A stretch of 52,348 bases of DNA from Erysipelotrichia bacterium (lineage in GTDB: Bacteria; Bacillota_I; Bacilli_A; RFN20; CAG-826): assembly GCA_012522695.1 (NCBI GenBank), contig JAAYJX010000110.1, positions 1-52,348 on the forward strand. The letters run 5' to 3'. Each line of letters starts with the position of its first letter. Positions within the stretch are counted from its first letter, which is position 1. A program made the position numbers and the translations under genes. The notes below the pieces were generated by a model. The model worked only from the letters and a program-made list of their open reading frames with translations, was not told the origin of the DNA and made no database searches. Below, piece by piece: positions 31,170 to 41,238 of this stretch.

Positions 31170-32726
31170 CTAATTATTCTTATAATTTAAAACACGAAAC
31201 TCAACTGTATATTTACCGCGATACTCATTCATAATTATATGACCATACAAGTTAATAAATTCATATTTGCTTAATTCTTTTTTTGGTAAATAAAAACCAA
31301 GTATTTTAGCAGAATTATCTAATAAAACTGATAAATGCTTATCGTTAGATATATATGTTAAATTACTTGTATTAACATTTTCTAAAACAAATAAAGGGGC
31401 TTTGAACCCTTCACCAAATGGGGCGAACTTTCTTATTGCTTCGTAGTTAACAAAGTTAATGTCTTCTTTTTGTATCGTCAAAATCTTTTCATCACTTTCA
31501 ATAAATTGATAAGTTTTTGCAAGATGAATAAAGTCTTTTTTGAAGTTTTCAAAGTCGCTTTTTTTAATTGAAACTCCTCCAGCAAAAATATGTCCACCAT
31601 AAGTGAGTAAATATTTTTCAAGTGAACCAAAAGCTTTAATAACATTGAATCCTTCCTTTGAACGAATACTTCCTTTTAAAACATCTTTATCTAAATCATT
31701 ACTCGTAAAGACGATTGTTGGCACTTGATATTCATTAACAAGGCGATTAGCAATTAAACCAATGAGTCCTTCTTTAATATCTAAGTTTAAAACAATGCCA
31801 CTAACGTCTTCTTCTACAACTAAATTATCAACAATTTCTTTTGTCATCTTTTTACGTGATTCGTTTATTTCATCAATGTATCTAGCATATTGATGAATAA
31901 GACGGATGTCTTCACTAACAAAATATTTAACAAGACGATTAATTTTTGTTGTCTCATCAACACGGCCAATCGCATTAATACGCGGAGCAATTTCCATTGC
32001 AATAACTTTTTCATCAATTTCTTTATGACCAACAAGCGCTGTAATTTGAGGATATGTATTTTCATTTAAATACTTAATTGTAAGTCTTACAACATCGCGG
32101 TTATAAGAAACTAATGGCATCATATCAGAAATTGTTGAAATGCCTGCTAGAGAAAGTAAATAAGGATCTACTTCATCTAAAAGTGCGCATGATAAAATAA
32201 AGCTCATTAACCCTGCACTTGCAGCTATATCGCCTAGTTTAGACAAACTAGGACGAAAAATAGCATAAGCATCCGGCAAAGTATCTTGCACTTCATGATG
32301 ATCGACGACAATCGTATCGATGTTATGTTCTTTAGCAAGTTTAATAGCGTCAAATGCACTAATCCCATTATCAACTAAAATAATTAAAGAATATCCGCCT
32401 TTAATAATATCTTCGACGCGATTAGTAGTTAAACCATAACCATCAAGATAACGCGAAGGAGCGTAATAACTTATTTTAGAATTAAGTTTTTCGAGTGTTT
32501 TTGTAATAATCGCTAAAGACATAATCCCATCACAATCATAATCACCATAAACAATTATTTTTTCTTTATTTTCAATAGCCTTAAATATCCGCTTTTTAAT
32601 TTTATCGATATTTAAAAGTTTTTGATCAAAACGCACATCATTTAAAGAAAGCGGACGAGTTAAATAGGCAAAGTCATCTTTACTAAGTGCATAATAATTT
32701 AAAAGTTTATTTAAAAAAGTATTCAT
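31170..32726 (-). CDS. recJ: ssDNA exonuclease RecJ (DHH family)
   Basis: GDYDCDG, VDNG, DHH, APRINA.GR, GSIRS and GGH. Confidence 0.9.
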   Translation of the reverse strand: MNTFLNKLLNYYALSKDDFAYLTRPLSLNDVRFDQKLLNIDKIKKRIFKAIENKEKIIVYGDYDCDGIMSLAIITKTLEKLNSKISYYAPSRYLDGYGLTTNRVEDIIKGGYSLIILVDNGISAFDAIKLAKEHNIDTIVVDHHEVQDTLPDAYAIFRPSLSKLGDIAASAGLMSFILSCALLDEVDPYLLSLAGISTISDMMPLVSYNRDVVRLTIKYLNENTYPQITALVGHKEIDEKVIAMEIAPRINAIGRVDETTKINRLVKYFVSEDIRLIHQYARYIDEINESRKKMTKEIVDNLVVEEDVSGIVLNLDIKEGLIGLIANRLVNEYQVPTIVFTSNDLDKDVLKGSIRSKEGFNVIKAFGSLEKYLLTYGGHIFAGGVSIKKSDFENFKKDFIHLAKTYQFIESDEKILTIQKEDINFVNYEAIRKFAPFGEGFKAPLFVLENVNTSNLTYISNDKHLSVLLDNSAKILGFYLPKKELSKYEFINLYGHIIMNEYRGKYTVEFRVLNYKNN

Positions 32727-32732
32727 TATAAG

Positions 32733-32755
32733 AAAAAGGCTACAAATGTAGCCTT
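32733..32755 (-). terminator. Terminator-like hairpin between secDF and recJ
   Basis: AAGGCTACA/TGTAGCCTT inverted repeat with a T-run on the minus strand. Confidence 0.65.
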
Positions 32756-32763
32756 AACCAAAC

Positions 32764-35406
32764 TTAATCGTTAATCCCAATGAAAATCGTTTCTTCGGGT
32801 TCACCAGAAGTCGTTTTCCGAGGCGTGCGTTTTTTCGTCTTTTCACGTTCAGGTAAACTAATTTTATCTTTAAGAGCAGTTAAACCTTTTTCAAACATCA
32901 TCGATGATGGCCCTAAAAGCGTAACGATTAATAAAGTATTAAGTGCAACTCCTAATAAGTTTCCGGCAAAAATAATGCCAAAAGTAAACGGTCCAAAGCC
33001 AAAATAATTAATTGCCAAATAAGACATCATAATCGCGTAAATAAAAAGTGGACCGGCACTTAAAGCTACGCTTCTTAGCATAATTTCTTGACGGATTTCT
33101 TGACTTAAACGACGGGAGCGATCTTCTTTAATAAGTATTTTTTCTTTATCAAAATATAAAAGCGACATAAATAACGATAAGACCGCGACTAAAGGCACGA
33201 CTAAACTAATAATCGGCGTCAGGCTAATGCGCGTAATAACGAAAAAGCCAAGGGTTAAAAGTGAACTCAAAGCGCTAATTGAAAACGCTCCTAAAGCACG
33301 TGACAGGCGATAACGGAAGGCAAGATAAATAGTTGCCGCCGCAACACCAGCAAGCGTTCCTAAAACAATGTATAAAGTCGAAGGCTGTGTAACAACGTTT
33401 TGCGAAAGTTTAATACTAACTCCTGCTTCACCACCTTCAAGTGAATTAATATAATTGTTTAATAAAACTTCAAATGTATCACTATCAATCAGAACACTAC
33501 CAATAACAATTTCAGCATGAGCTTCAACATCATAATGTTTAGAAAAATTAATAATGTAATAGTTATATTTTGTTGTAATCGTTGTTTCAGCATCATAATC
33601 TTCACGACTTTCATGATCAATACTTTCGTATTTTAAAACTTCCCCATCAACAACGACAAATTGTAAAATTTCATCTTCTAAGTACTTCGTACTTTCAATA
33701 ACTGGGCTATCACTTGTAATCGTAATATAAGCACGTTGAACTTCTTGATAAGTATTTTTTTGATTAAAAATAGAGCCATTAACAAGGCCAAAAATAAGCA
33801 TCATAATAACTGAAACAAGGCCAACTGCTCCTGCGCCAATTGCGATTGGTTTTGCTTTTTTGGTAAAGTCTTTTTCTTGATATGGCCCAAAATACGTTTG
33901 TTTTTCTTCCTTAAGAAGATTTGGGACATGTTTTGCTTCGATATTAAAAACTTTATGATTATCTTGAAGGCTCGTTGTATTTGTTACAAGCCACATCATT
34001 ACTCGTAAGACAATTAAATTAATTACTAATCCAACAACCCCGCCGATAACGAGCATTGTTGCGAAGCTTTTAACTAAAGCGCCACTAATTAAATAGCTTA
34101 AGACGCCAACAAAAACACTAACTAAGGCGAGGTCAACGTTAAATAAAACCATCGCTTTTGATGATTCAGTTTGGGCTTTTTTATAATTACGACCACGATA
34201 AACTTCTTCTTTAAATTTGTTAATTTGTAAAATACCACTTAATAAAGAAGAGCCAACAATAAGAATTAAAGCTAATAAAGCAGCGATATTAAATTCAGCC
34301 ATAAACAAAATAAAAATGCCTAAACTAGCAAAAAATGTTATACCAATTGAAGTTATAACCGCTAAACTAGCTAGACGATAAAAGAAAACTAAAACGAGAG
34401 AGAGAACAACAAAAGCAATTAATGTGGCAATTAATGTTTTCGAAGTTGCTAAATTAATTGTTGCGCCATAATTTAATAAACTTTCAACATTAGCACTAAT
34501 TGGTGTCGTAATAATATTTAGTACTTCGTATTCATAAGCTCCGGCATTAAATAAACTTTTAACATAGTTAGCTAAATTATTAGCTTGCTTAATTTTAGAA
34601 GTATCGTAATTTCCTTCTTCATCGGCAAAGCCACTTAAAAACTTAATTTCACTATCTTTAACTTCGCTATTTTCATAATAAATATTTTTTGAATTAAAAG
34701 AGGCAATAATGCGCCGAGCAATTTTAGGATCTTCTTGAGCCTTATCATAGTCTTCGCCTTCTTGCCAATTAGCCCATAAAAAGATATTAGCCTTTGAACC
34801 ACTATCTTCTTCTGGTTCATCATTTGCTTTTTTTGGTAAGGGTTGTCTTGTTAAAATATCAGCATCTGGATCGATATCAACGTCTTTATCAACATCAAGA
34901 GCAGAATTTGCGGCATCAACTAATGTTTTAAAAGCACTCGGATCACTTAAAGGAATAATGACATAAGGCGCAATTCCTTCATAAACAATTCTTGCCTCGC
35001 TATCTTCAAAAACATCTTCATGCATTAAATGGACTGAGTGGTCTTGGGTTGAGATAGAAAAATCACCACCACTAAAACCTAGATAATTTTCTAAGTAATT
35101 GTATTCAGTATCGTTTTTAGCTGTTAAAGAGACGCGAACAAGGTCACTTCCTTCGGCTTCAATTTGGTAATTAGAGACGCCCCAACCTTTTAGGCGTTCA
35201 TCCATTATTTGGGCAACTTTTAAAGAAGCTTTTTCATCTTCAATTTCTAATTCTACATCTTCTTTATCAAAAAGTTGGTAAACAAATTGTTTACCATCTC
35301 GATAATCTAAATTTTGTGAACCTTTTGTTAGGGTTGGGTTAATTCCAACACCAATCGCAATAAAAGTTGAAACAGCTAAGGTAATGTAAGCTATGAGTCG
35401 TCGCAT
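32764..35406 (-). CDS. secDF: Fused SecDF-like protein translocase subunit (divergent)
   Basis: 1+5+1+5 TM layout with two large soluble loops, LDY.DG, ERL..WGVS and KEE..RG. Occupies the ruvB-secDF-recJ position. Confidence 0.75.
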   Translation of the reverse strand: MRRLIAYITLAVSTFIAIGVGINPTLTKGSQNLDYRDGKQFVYQLFDKEDVELEIEDEKASLKVAQIMDERLKGWGVSNYQIEAEGSDLVRVSLTAKNDTEYNYLENYLGFSGGDFSISTQDHSVHLMHEDVFEDSEARIVYEGIAPYVIIPLSDPSAFKTLVDAANSALDVDKDVDIDPDADILTRQPLPKKANDEPEEDSGSKANIFLWANWQEGEDYDKAQEDPKIARRIIASFNSKNIYYENSEVKDSEIKFLSGFADEEGNYDTSKIKQANNLANYVKSLFNAGAYEYEVLNIITTPISANVESLLNYGATINLATSKTLIATLIAFVVLSLVLVFFYRLASLAVITSIGITFFASLGIFILFMAEFNIAALLALILIVGSSLLSGILQINKFKEEVYRGRNYKKAQTESSKAMVLFNVDLALVSVFVGVLSYLISGALVKSFATMLVIGGVVGLVINLIVLRVMMWLVTNTTSLQDNHKVFNIEAKHVPNLLKEEKQTYFGPYQEKDFTKKAKPIAIGAGAVGLVSVIMMLIFGLVNGSIFNQKNTYQEVQRAYITITSDSPVIESTKYLEDEILQFVVVDGEVLKYESIDHESREDYDAETTITTKYNYYIINFSKHYDVEAHAEIVIGSVLIDSDTFEVLLNNYINSLEGGEAGVSIKLSQNVVTQPSTLYIVLGTLAGVAAATIYLAFRYRLSRALGAFSISALSSLLTLGFFVITRISLTPIISLVVPLVAVLSLFMSLLYFDKEKILIKEDRSRRLSQEIRQEIMLRSVALSAGPLFIYAIMMSYLAINYFGFGPFTFGIIFAGNLLGVALNTLLIVTLLGPSSMMFEKGLTALKDKISLPEREKTKKRTPRKTTSGEPEETIFIGIND

Positions 35407-35580
35407 ATTTTTCCTCCGTAATGGTAAGATTTTTTCTTTTCTAAGCGCCTATATTTTAAATTAATACTTAATTTAGGCTTGCTTATATAACATACTACTT
35501 TTAATGTTAGAATGCAACGAGGAATTTTTTCCTCTGTCTTTTGTAAAAACACCGAAAGTCTTTTAAATTAGGAAATTAAT

Positions 35581-36588
35581 TTAAAAAAGTTTCTTTTGAT
35601 GATTTTTCTTTAAATGAGCATACGCCTTCTCACTCACCACCCGCCCTCGTGGTGTGCGATTTATTAAGCCGATTTGTAATAAATACGGTTCATAAACATC
35701 TTCTAAATTCATTATTTCTTCACCAATTGCACTAGCAACGGCTTCTAAACCAACCGGGCCGCCATGAAAACGTTCGATAATTGCTGTTAAATAACGAATA
35801 TCAACATCATCTAGCCCCAAACAATCAACTTTTAAAGCATCTAACGCCTTAAGGGCATCTTCTTGTGAAATATCGTTTTTACGAGCGTAATTGGCAAAAT
35901 CACGAACACGACGGAAAAGCCGATTCGCAATTCTTGGTGTTCCCCTACTTCTTTTAGCAATTAAACTAGTCGCTTTTTCACTAATTGGTGTCTTTAAAAC
36001 ACCAGACGTTCGCGTAATAATTCCTGCAATTTCTTTTTCATTATAAAAATTAATTTTTTCAACAATACCAAAACGACTTCTTAGTGGTGCACTTAAATCA
36101 CCAGCACGTGTCGTTGCGCCAATTAAAGTAAAAGGTGCTAGTGTTAAGTTAATTGTTTTAGAAGATCCATCTCGCGGCAATAAAATCGAAAGTTGAAAAT
36201 CTTCCATCGCACTATATAAAACTTCTTCGACAACACGGGGAAGACGATGAATTTCATCAATAAATAAAATATCGCCAGGTTCTAAATCAGCTAAAATAGC
36301 TGCTAAGTCGCCCGTTCTTTCAATTGATGGACCATTAATAACACGTATTTTGCCTTTCATTTCATTAGCAATAACGTAGGCTAGTGTCGTTTTACCTAAA
36401 CCTGGTGGACCATAAATTAAAACATGATCAAGTGTTTCTCCACGATGAAGAGCTGCACCCATAAAAACACGAAGATTACTTTTTAAAGATTCTTGGCCGA
36501 TATATTCATTTAAATATTGGGGCCTTAAACTTATTTCAACTTCTTCTTCAAGGGCGTTTTTTTTCGCATCTAATAATCGCTCACTCAT
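35581..36588 (-). CDS. ruvB: Holliday junction helicase RuvB
   Basis: GPPGLGKTT, FIDEIHR, GATTR, RGTPRIA and RTPRGR. Confidence 0.97.
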   Translation of the reverse strand: MSERLLDAKKNALEEEVEISLRPQYLNEYIGQESLKSNLRVFMGAALHRGETLDHVLIYGPPGLGKTTLAYVIANEMKGKIRVINGPSIERTGDLAAILADLEPGDILFIDEIHRLPRVVEEVLYSAMEDFQLSILLPRDGSSKTINLTLAPFTLIGATTRAGDLSAPLRSRFGIVEKINFYNEKEIAGIITRTSGVLKTPISEKATSLIAKRSRGTPRIANRLFRRVRDFANYARKNDISQEDALKALDALKVDCLGLDDVDIRYLTAIIERFHGGPVGLEAVASAIGEEIMNLEDVYEPYLLQIGLINRTPRGRVVSEKAYAHLKKNHQKKLF

Positions 36589-37142
36589 ACTTTTTTAAGT
36601 TTTTTTAAGGCTAGACGAAGAATCTCTTCGTTTGTTGCTTCTTTTTCATTAATTGTCGCTAAAACATTTTCAATTTCTTTTACGCGGTAACCTAAACCTT
36701 TAAGTGCATCTTTAACTTCGTCGTATTGATTAGGATTACCACTAGGAATTCCTGTTAATTGTCCTTTTAAATCTAAAATAATTTGACTCGCAGCTTTAGC
36801 ACCAATACCAGGTAATTTTTTTAAAAATGTAATGTTATTTGCAGCAATGGCGGCCATTAAATTTTCAGCAGTCGTTGCCGACATTGCTCCTAGAGCCGTT
36901 CTTGGACCAATACCTTTGACAGTAATTAAAGATAAAAAAGCTTCTTTTTCAAATTCACTTGCAAAGCCAACTAAATATTGTTCATCTTCACGCACGACTT
37001 GATGTAAATAAATTTTAACATTTTGACCAACTTCATAAGCTTCGATATGTGGAGTATAAACTAAATAACCCATCATCCCAACTTCAATGACGAGGTAATC
37101 TTTATGTAATGAAACAATTTGTCCTTTGAAATAATAATACAT
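36585..37142 (-). CDS. ruvA: Holliday junction binding protein RuvA
   Basis: HhH motifs VKGIGPR and PGIGAK. Start taken at the ATG at 37142. Confidence 0.93.
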   Translation of the reverse strand: MYYYFKGQIVSLHKDYLVIEVGMMGYLVYTPHIEAYEVGQNVKIYLHQVVREDEQYLVGFASEFEKEAFLSLITVKGIGPRTALGAMSATTAENLMAAIAANNITFLKKLPGIGAKAASQIILDLKGQLTGIPSGNPNQYDEVKDALKGLGYRVKEIENVLATINEKEATNEEILRLALKKLKKV

Positions 37143-37309
37143 ACTACTAATGATATATAAAGATAAAAGATACAATTATCATCAAAATTGCTAAAGCACT
37201 TAATAGGGCTGGCAAAGTATTAATGGTTTTTTCTTTTTCTTTCACGGTTATAACATTATAAGTTTATCTTAAAAGATAAAGAAAATAAAGAAAAACTGCT
37301 CGTTCTTAT

Positions 37310-38053
37310 TTATTTTTTATCGCGTTGATATTTTTTAGGACGGGCTACACTTCTTAATTTATGTAAATTAATTCGATGAAGGCGTTGTATTTTTTTCTTA
37401 CTTTCTTTAGTAATTTTCTTTTTTAATAAAAAATCATCGAGTTCTTTATATGTAAAACCAAAATCATCTTCATCATTTTGTAAAGGCGATAAACCGGCCG
37501 AGGGCACTTTATTAATAATTTGATCAGGCAAACCTAAAAGCTTTGCCGCTTCATATACTTCACTTTTTAAAAGATGAAAAATCGGCATGATGTCTGCTGC
37601 TCCATCACCGTGCTTAGTAAAATAGCCAACATATCTTTCACTAGCGTTATCTGTTCCTAAAACTAAAGCTTGATGAACTTGTGCATAGGCATATAAAGTA
37701 ACCATTCGTAAACGCACTTTAACATTTTGTAAAGATGCTTCTACAAACTTGTTATTATCAAAATTATAAGATTTTATTAATTCATCATATGCGTGACTTA
37801 AATCAATAACTTGATATGCAACATTTAATTTTTCACATAAAGCAATTGCAAGTTTAGCGTCTTCTTCTAATGAATGAATAGGCAAAATATAAGCAAGAAC
37901 ATTTTGTTCGCCAACAGCATTTTTAGCTAAAGCTAAAACAAGAGCAGAGTCAATTCCTCCGCTAACGCCTAAAACGTATTTTTGTAATTTGCTTTTTACT
38001 AAATACTTTTGTAAATAGTTTTCAATTTCTTTTAGATAGTTTTCTAGTTTCAT
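37310..38053 (-). CDS. nadE: NH3-dependent NAD+ synthetase
   Basis: GVSGGIDS, NVKVRLRM, GYFTKHGDG and PSAGL. Confidence 0.94.
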   Translation of the reverse strand: MKLENYLKEIENYLQKYLVKSKLQKYVLGVSGGIDSALVLALAKNAVGEQNVLAYILPIHSLEEDAKLAIALCEKLNVAYQVIDLSHAYDELIKSYNFDNNKFVEASLQNVKVRLRMVTLYAYAQVHQALVLGTDNASERYVGYFTKHGDGAADIMPIFHLLKSEVYEAAKLLGLPDQIINKVPSAGLSPLQNDEDDFGFTYKELDDFLLKKKITKESKKKIQRLHRINLHKLRSVARPKKYQRDKK

Positions 38054-38057
38054 ACTT

Positions 38058-39335
38058 TTATTCTATGTATTCAAACTCAAAATCGCAAAGAAAAACTGTA
38101 TCGCCTGTTTTAGCGCCGGCTAATTGTAATTTTTCTTCCACACCAATTTTTCTTAAATAACTTAACAATTTCAATAAGCCTTGATCAGTTGATAAATTAA
38201 TTAAATTATAAGTTCTTTCGACTCTTTCGCCTTCAATACGAAAAACACCTTCTTTAAGACGAACGATTGAAAAAATATCTTCATAGTCTTTCGTCGCATC
38301 ATAAATACGAACTTTTTCAATTTCACCTTCTTTTGAAACAATCGGAAAAGAAGGCGTTTCTTTTAATAAATCAGCGCACGCGTAAAGCAACTCTTTAATT
38401 CCTTCGTTTGTTAAGGCACTTAACGGATACACTTTTTGCTTTAATTTCTTTTCAAGTTTAAGGCGTTTTTCTTCACTACCGCTTTCGTCCATTTTACTCG
38501 CACATATAATCGTTGGTCGTTTTGTTAAATTGTAACCATATTTTTCTAATTCACTATTAATTACTAAATAATCATTATACGGATCACGATCACTTGCCAT
38601 ATCAATTAAATGAACTAAAACGCGGCATCTTTCAATATGTCTTAAAAACGTTAAACCAAGCCCTTTCCCTAAATGTGCATTTTCAATTAAACCTGGTAAA
38701 TCCGCCATAACAAACGATTCATCTTCACTAACACTAACAACACCTAAATTAGGCGATAGAGTCGTAAAAGGATAATGGTCAATTTGTGGGTTTGCATTCG
38801 AAACAACACTTAAAAGTGTTGATTTACCAGCATTTGGAAAACCAACGAGGCCAACATCAGCAAGTAATTTTAATTCTAAAATAATTTCTTTATCTTCGCC
38901 AGGAAGGCCATTTTCAGCTACTTTTGGTGCACGATTACGCGAGCTTTTAAAAGCGGCATTTCCTCGTCCACCGCGTCCACCTTTAGCAACAACAAAAGTA
39001 CTTCCTTCTTCATTTAAATCAAAAAGAAAACTTTTATTCTTTGCTTCGTAAACAATTGTACCAACTGGAACTTTAATAACGACATCTTTTGCACTACGTC
39101 CATATTGATTTTTATTCGCACCATTTTGACCATTTTCACCGCGAATAATTTTCCTACGATATAAATGAAATAAAGTATTAAAATCAGTTGAGGCTTCAAA
39201 AATGATTGAAGCGCCACGTCCTCCATTGCCACCAGCCGGACCACCACGAGGAATATATTTTTCACGTAAAAAAGCGATAACACCATCGCCACCTTTACCA
39301 GAAACAACATTTAATTTAATGCGATCTACAAACAT
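38058..39335 (-). CDS. obgE: GTPase Obg
   Basis: Gly-rich N-terminal domain, GFPNAGKS, YPFTT and DLPG. Confidence 0.96.
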   Translation of the reverse strand: MFVDRIKLNVVSGKGGDGVIAFLREKYIPRGGPAGGNGGRGASIIFEASTDFNTLFHLYRRKIIRGENGQNGANKNQYGRSAKDVVIKVPVGTIVYEAKNKSFLFDLNEEGSTFVVAKGGRGGRGNAAFKSSRNRAPKVAENGLPGEDKEIILELKLLADVGLVGFPNAGKSTLLSVVSNANPQIDHYPFTTLSPNLGVVSVSEDESFVMADLPGLIENAHLGKGLGLTFLRHIERCRVLVHLIDMASDRDPYNDYLVINSELEKYGYNLTKRPTIICASKMDESGSEEKRLKLEKKLKQKVYPLSALTNEGIKELLYACADLLKETPSFPIVSKEGEIEKVRIYDATKDYEDIFSIVRLKEGVFRIEGERVERTYNLINLSTDQGLLKLLSYLRKIGVEEKLQLAGAKTGDTVFLCDFEFEYIE

Positions 39336-39340
39336 ATTTT

Positions 39341-40060
39341 TTAAAAATAATAATTTTTATTATTTCTTTTGATTTTAAAAACATCTTTAAAAAAGATGAC
39401 ACTACTACGGAAGGCACTAACTTTACTATCTTCATCATTTTCCCAAATAACAGGAAATTGTTTAACTTTTAAATTATTTAATTTAGCGATGTATAAATAT
39501 TCAACATCAAAAGCAAAACCATTAATAATTTGTTTTTCGGCCATCTTTTTGGCATACTCGGTTTTAATAGCTTTAAAACCACATTGTGTATCTTTATAAC
39601 GAAACTTAAAAGTTGTATTAACAATAACTCGGCATGAGCGACCAATAAAACGTCTTAATAAACCTTGTTTTTTTGCTAAGACGCTTTCTTTTAAATGACG
39701 TGAGCCCACAAAAAAATCAATATCGTTTTCTTCTGCTATTAAATAATCAAAAGCACTTAGATGCGTTGAAAGATCAGCGTCCATATAAACAACATAATCA
39801 CCACTTGCTTGTTCGATGCCAAATTTTACTGCTCCGCCTTTACCGCGATTAAGATCATAACCTAAAGGTAAGACGTGAGGTATTTTTAAATTTTGAAAAA
39901 TTTCTTTCGTATTATCTTTTGAACCATCATTAACAAGAATAATTTCATAAGAAAGTTTTTTGTCTTCTAAAAAGGGAATAATGTGGTTGTTTAAATTATC
40001 GACGATTTTGTTTCCTTCGTTGTAACACGGAATAACAATTGAGAGTTTTTTAAATTTCAT
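39341..40060 (-). CDS. GT2 glycosyltransferase, dolichyl/polyprenyl-phosphate glucosyltransferase-like
   Basis: IPCYNE, NDGSKD, NRGKGGAV, DADLST, DTQCGFK and FAFDVE. Confidence 0.85.
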   Translation of the reverse strand: MKFKKLSIVIPCYNEGNKIVDNLNNHIIPFLEDKKLSYEIILVNDGSKDNTKEIFQNLKIPHVLPLGYDLNRGKGGAVKFGIEQASGDYVVYMDADLSTHLSAFDYLIAEENDIDFFVGSRHLKESVLAKKQGLLRRFIGRSCRVIVNTTFKFRYKDTQCGFKAIKTEYAKKMAEKQIINGFAFDVEYLYIAKLNNLKVKQFPVIWENDEDSKVSAFRSSVIFFKDVFKIKRNNKNYYF

Positions 40061-40084
40061 AATTTTATTTTATCTTTTTTTTAC

Positions 40085-40110
40085 AAAAAAGACCACATTT
40101 GTGGCCTTTT
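40085..40110 (-). terminator. Terminator after rpmA
   Basis: AGGCCAC-AAAT-GTGGTCT followed by a T-run. Confidence 0.7.
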
Positions 40111-40127
40111 ATTTTGTCTTTACTAAT

Positions 40128-40415
40128 TTATGCTTCAAGAGCGTAAACGCTTACGCGTGTTTTGTTTTTGCCAAGGCGTTCATATTTTACAACACCATCA
40201 ATCGTTGCAAAAATTGTATCATCGCCTCCACGCATTGTATTTTTACCAGGATAAATCTTTGTTCCTCTTTGACGATAAATAATCGAACCTGCTGTCGCAT
40301 ATTGGCCATCGCCTTTTTTTGCACCTAAACGTTTCGATTGTGAATCACGACCGTTTTTTGTTGAACCAACACCTTTTTTCGAAGCAAAGAATTGTAAATT
40401 TAATTTATATAACAT
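40128..40415 (-). CDS. rpmA: 50S ribosomal protein L27 with a Prp-cleaved N-terminal extension
   Basis: [25 protein letters not shown]. Start moved to the ATG at 40415. Confidence 0.96.
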   Translation of the reverse strand: MLYKLNLQFFASKKGVGSTKNGRDSQSKRLGAKKGDGQYATAGSIIYRQRGTKIYPGKNTMRGGDDTIFATIDGVVKYERLGKNKTRVSVYALEA

Positions 40416-40416
40416 T

Positions 40417-40737
40417 TTATTCACTTTCCTTTCTAATAATTTTAATATTTTGTGGATAAGAGTGAGCAATTGTTTTTAATTGCGTAAGCATTGTTTCTAA
40501 GATGATTTGATCTTTAAGACTAATGCTTTCACTCGCTTTAATTTTCACATATCCAGAATCTTTAACTTGAATTTGAATCATTTCTTGATTTGGCGTCAAG
40601 GCGTTAAGACCACCAAAGGTAATTGCCGAGACAGCGCTACAAACGAGATCTTTACCAGGTTCACCGCTATAGGCATGACCTTTAACTTCAAGAAACGTCA
40701 TTTTTTCATTAACTTGTGAATACGTGACTTTGATCAT
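40417..40737 (-). CDS. prp: Ribosomal-processing cysteine protease
   Basis: GHA...G.DLVCSAVS, located between rplU and rpmA. Confidence 0.92.
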   Translation of the reverse strand: MIKVTYSQVNEKMTFLEVKGHAYSGEPGKDLVCSAVSAITFGGLNALTPNQEMIQIQVKDSGYVKIKASESISLKDQIILETMLTQLKTIAHSYPQNIKIIRKESE

Positions 40738-40739
40738 AA

Positions 40740-41048
40740 TTAACCGTTAATCGTTTCAATAACTAAACAAGTATACGGTTGACGATGACCCATTGTTTTA
40801 CGAACGTTTTTCTTTCTCTTATATTTGAAGATGCGTAATTTTTTACTTAAACCTTGTTTAACGACTTTAGCTACTACAGTTGCATCTTTCAGATAAGGAG
40901 TGCCGACTTTAGCTTTTTTATCGCTAATTAATAAAACCTTATCAAATGTATAAGAAGAATCGACGTCCGCTTTTAGTTTTTCAACATAAATTGTTTGGCC
41001 AACCTCAACTTTGAGTTGTTTTCCGCCAGTTTCAATAATTGCGTACAT
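40740..41048 (-). CDS. rplU: 50S ribosomal protein L21
   Basis: [11 protein letters not shown]...GHRQPYT, with a GGAGG RBS before 41048. Confidence 0.96.
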   Translation of the reverse strand: MYAIIETGGKQLKVEVGQTIYVEKLKADVDSSYTFDKVLLISDKKAKVGTPYLKDATVVAKVVKQGLSKKLRIFKYKRKKNVRKTMGHRQPYTCLVIETING

Positions 41049-41071
41049 AGTTCCCTCCTCTTTATTCACTT

Positions 41072-41132
41072 ATGACTCGCTATAAAGGTCAATCATCATT
41101 GATTCGTTAATTACCTTTTCTAGGCGGTTGAA
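41072..41132 (-). ncRNA. L21 ribosomal protein leader
   Basis: ACCGC-CTAG..AAAGG...CCTTT..TAG-CGAGTC layout in the rplU 5' UTR. Confidence 0.7.
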
Positions 41133-41156
41133 GCTCGTGAGGCGACAACGTATGCT

Positions 41157-41185
41157 ATTATAAACACATTTATAAGTTTTGACAA
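41157..41185 (-). promoter_or_regulatory. SigA promoter of rplU-prp-rpmA
   Basis: TTGTCA-17 nt-TATAAT. Confidence 0.7.
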
Positions 41186-41238
41186 CCTTTTTTAACTATT
41201 GTTAACTAGATTTTTATTATAAATGTGAAAACTTTGTT

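Noticed and set aside
40451-40459. Perfect DnaA box (TGTGGATAA)
   Set aside because: It lies within the prp coding sequence (YPQ codons) and is isolated, which is consistent with chance.
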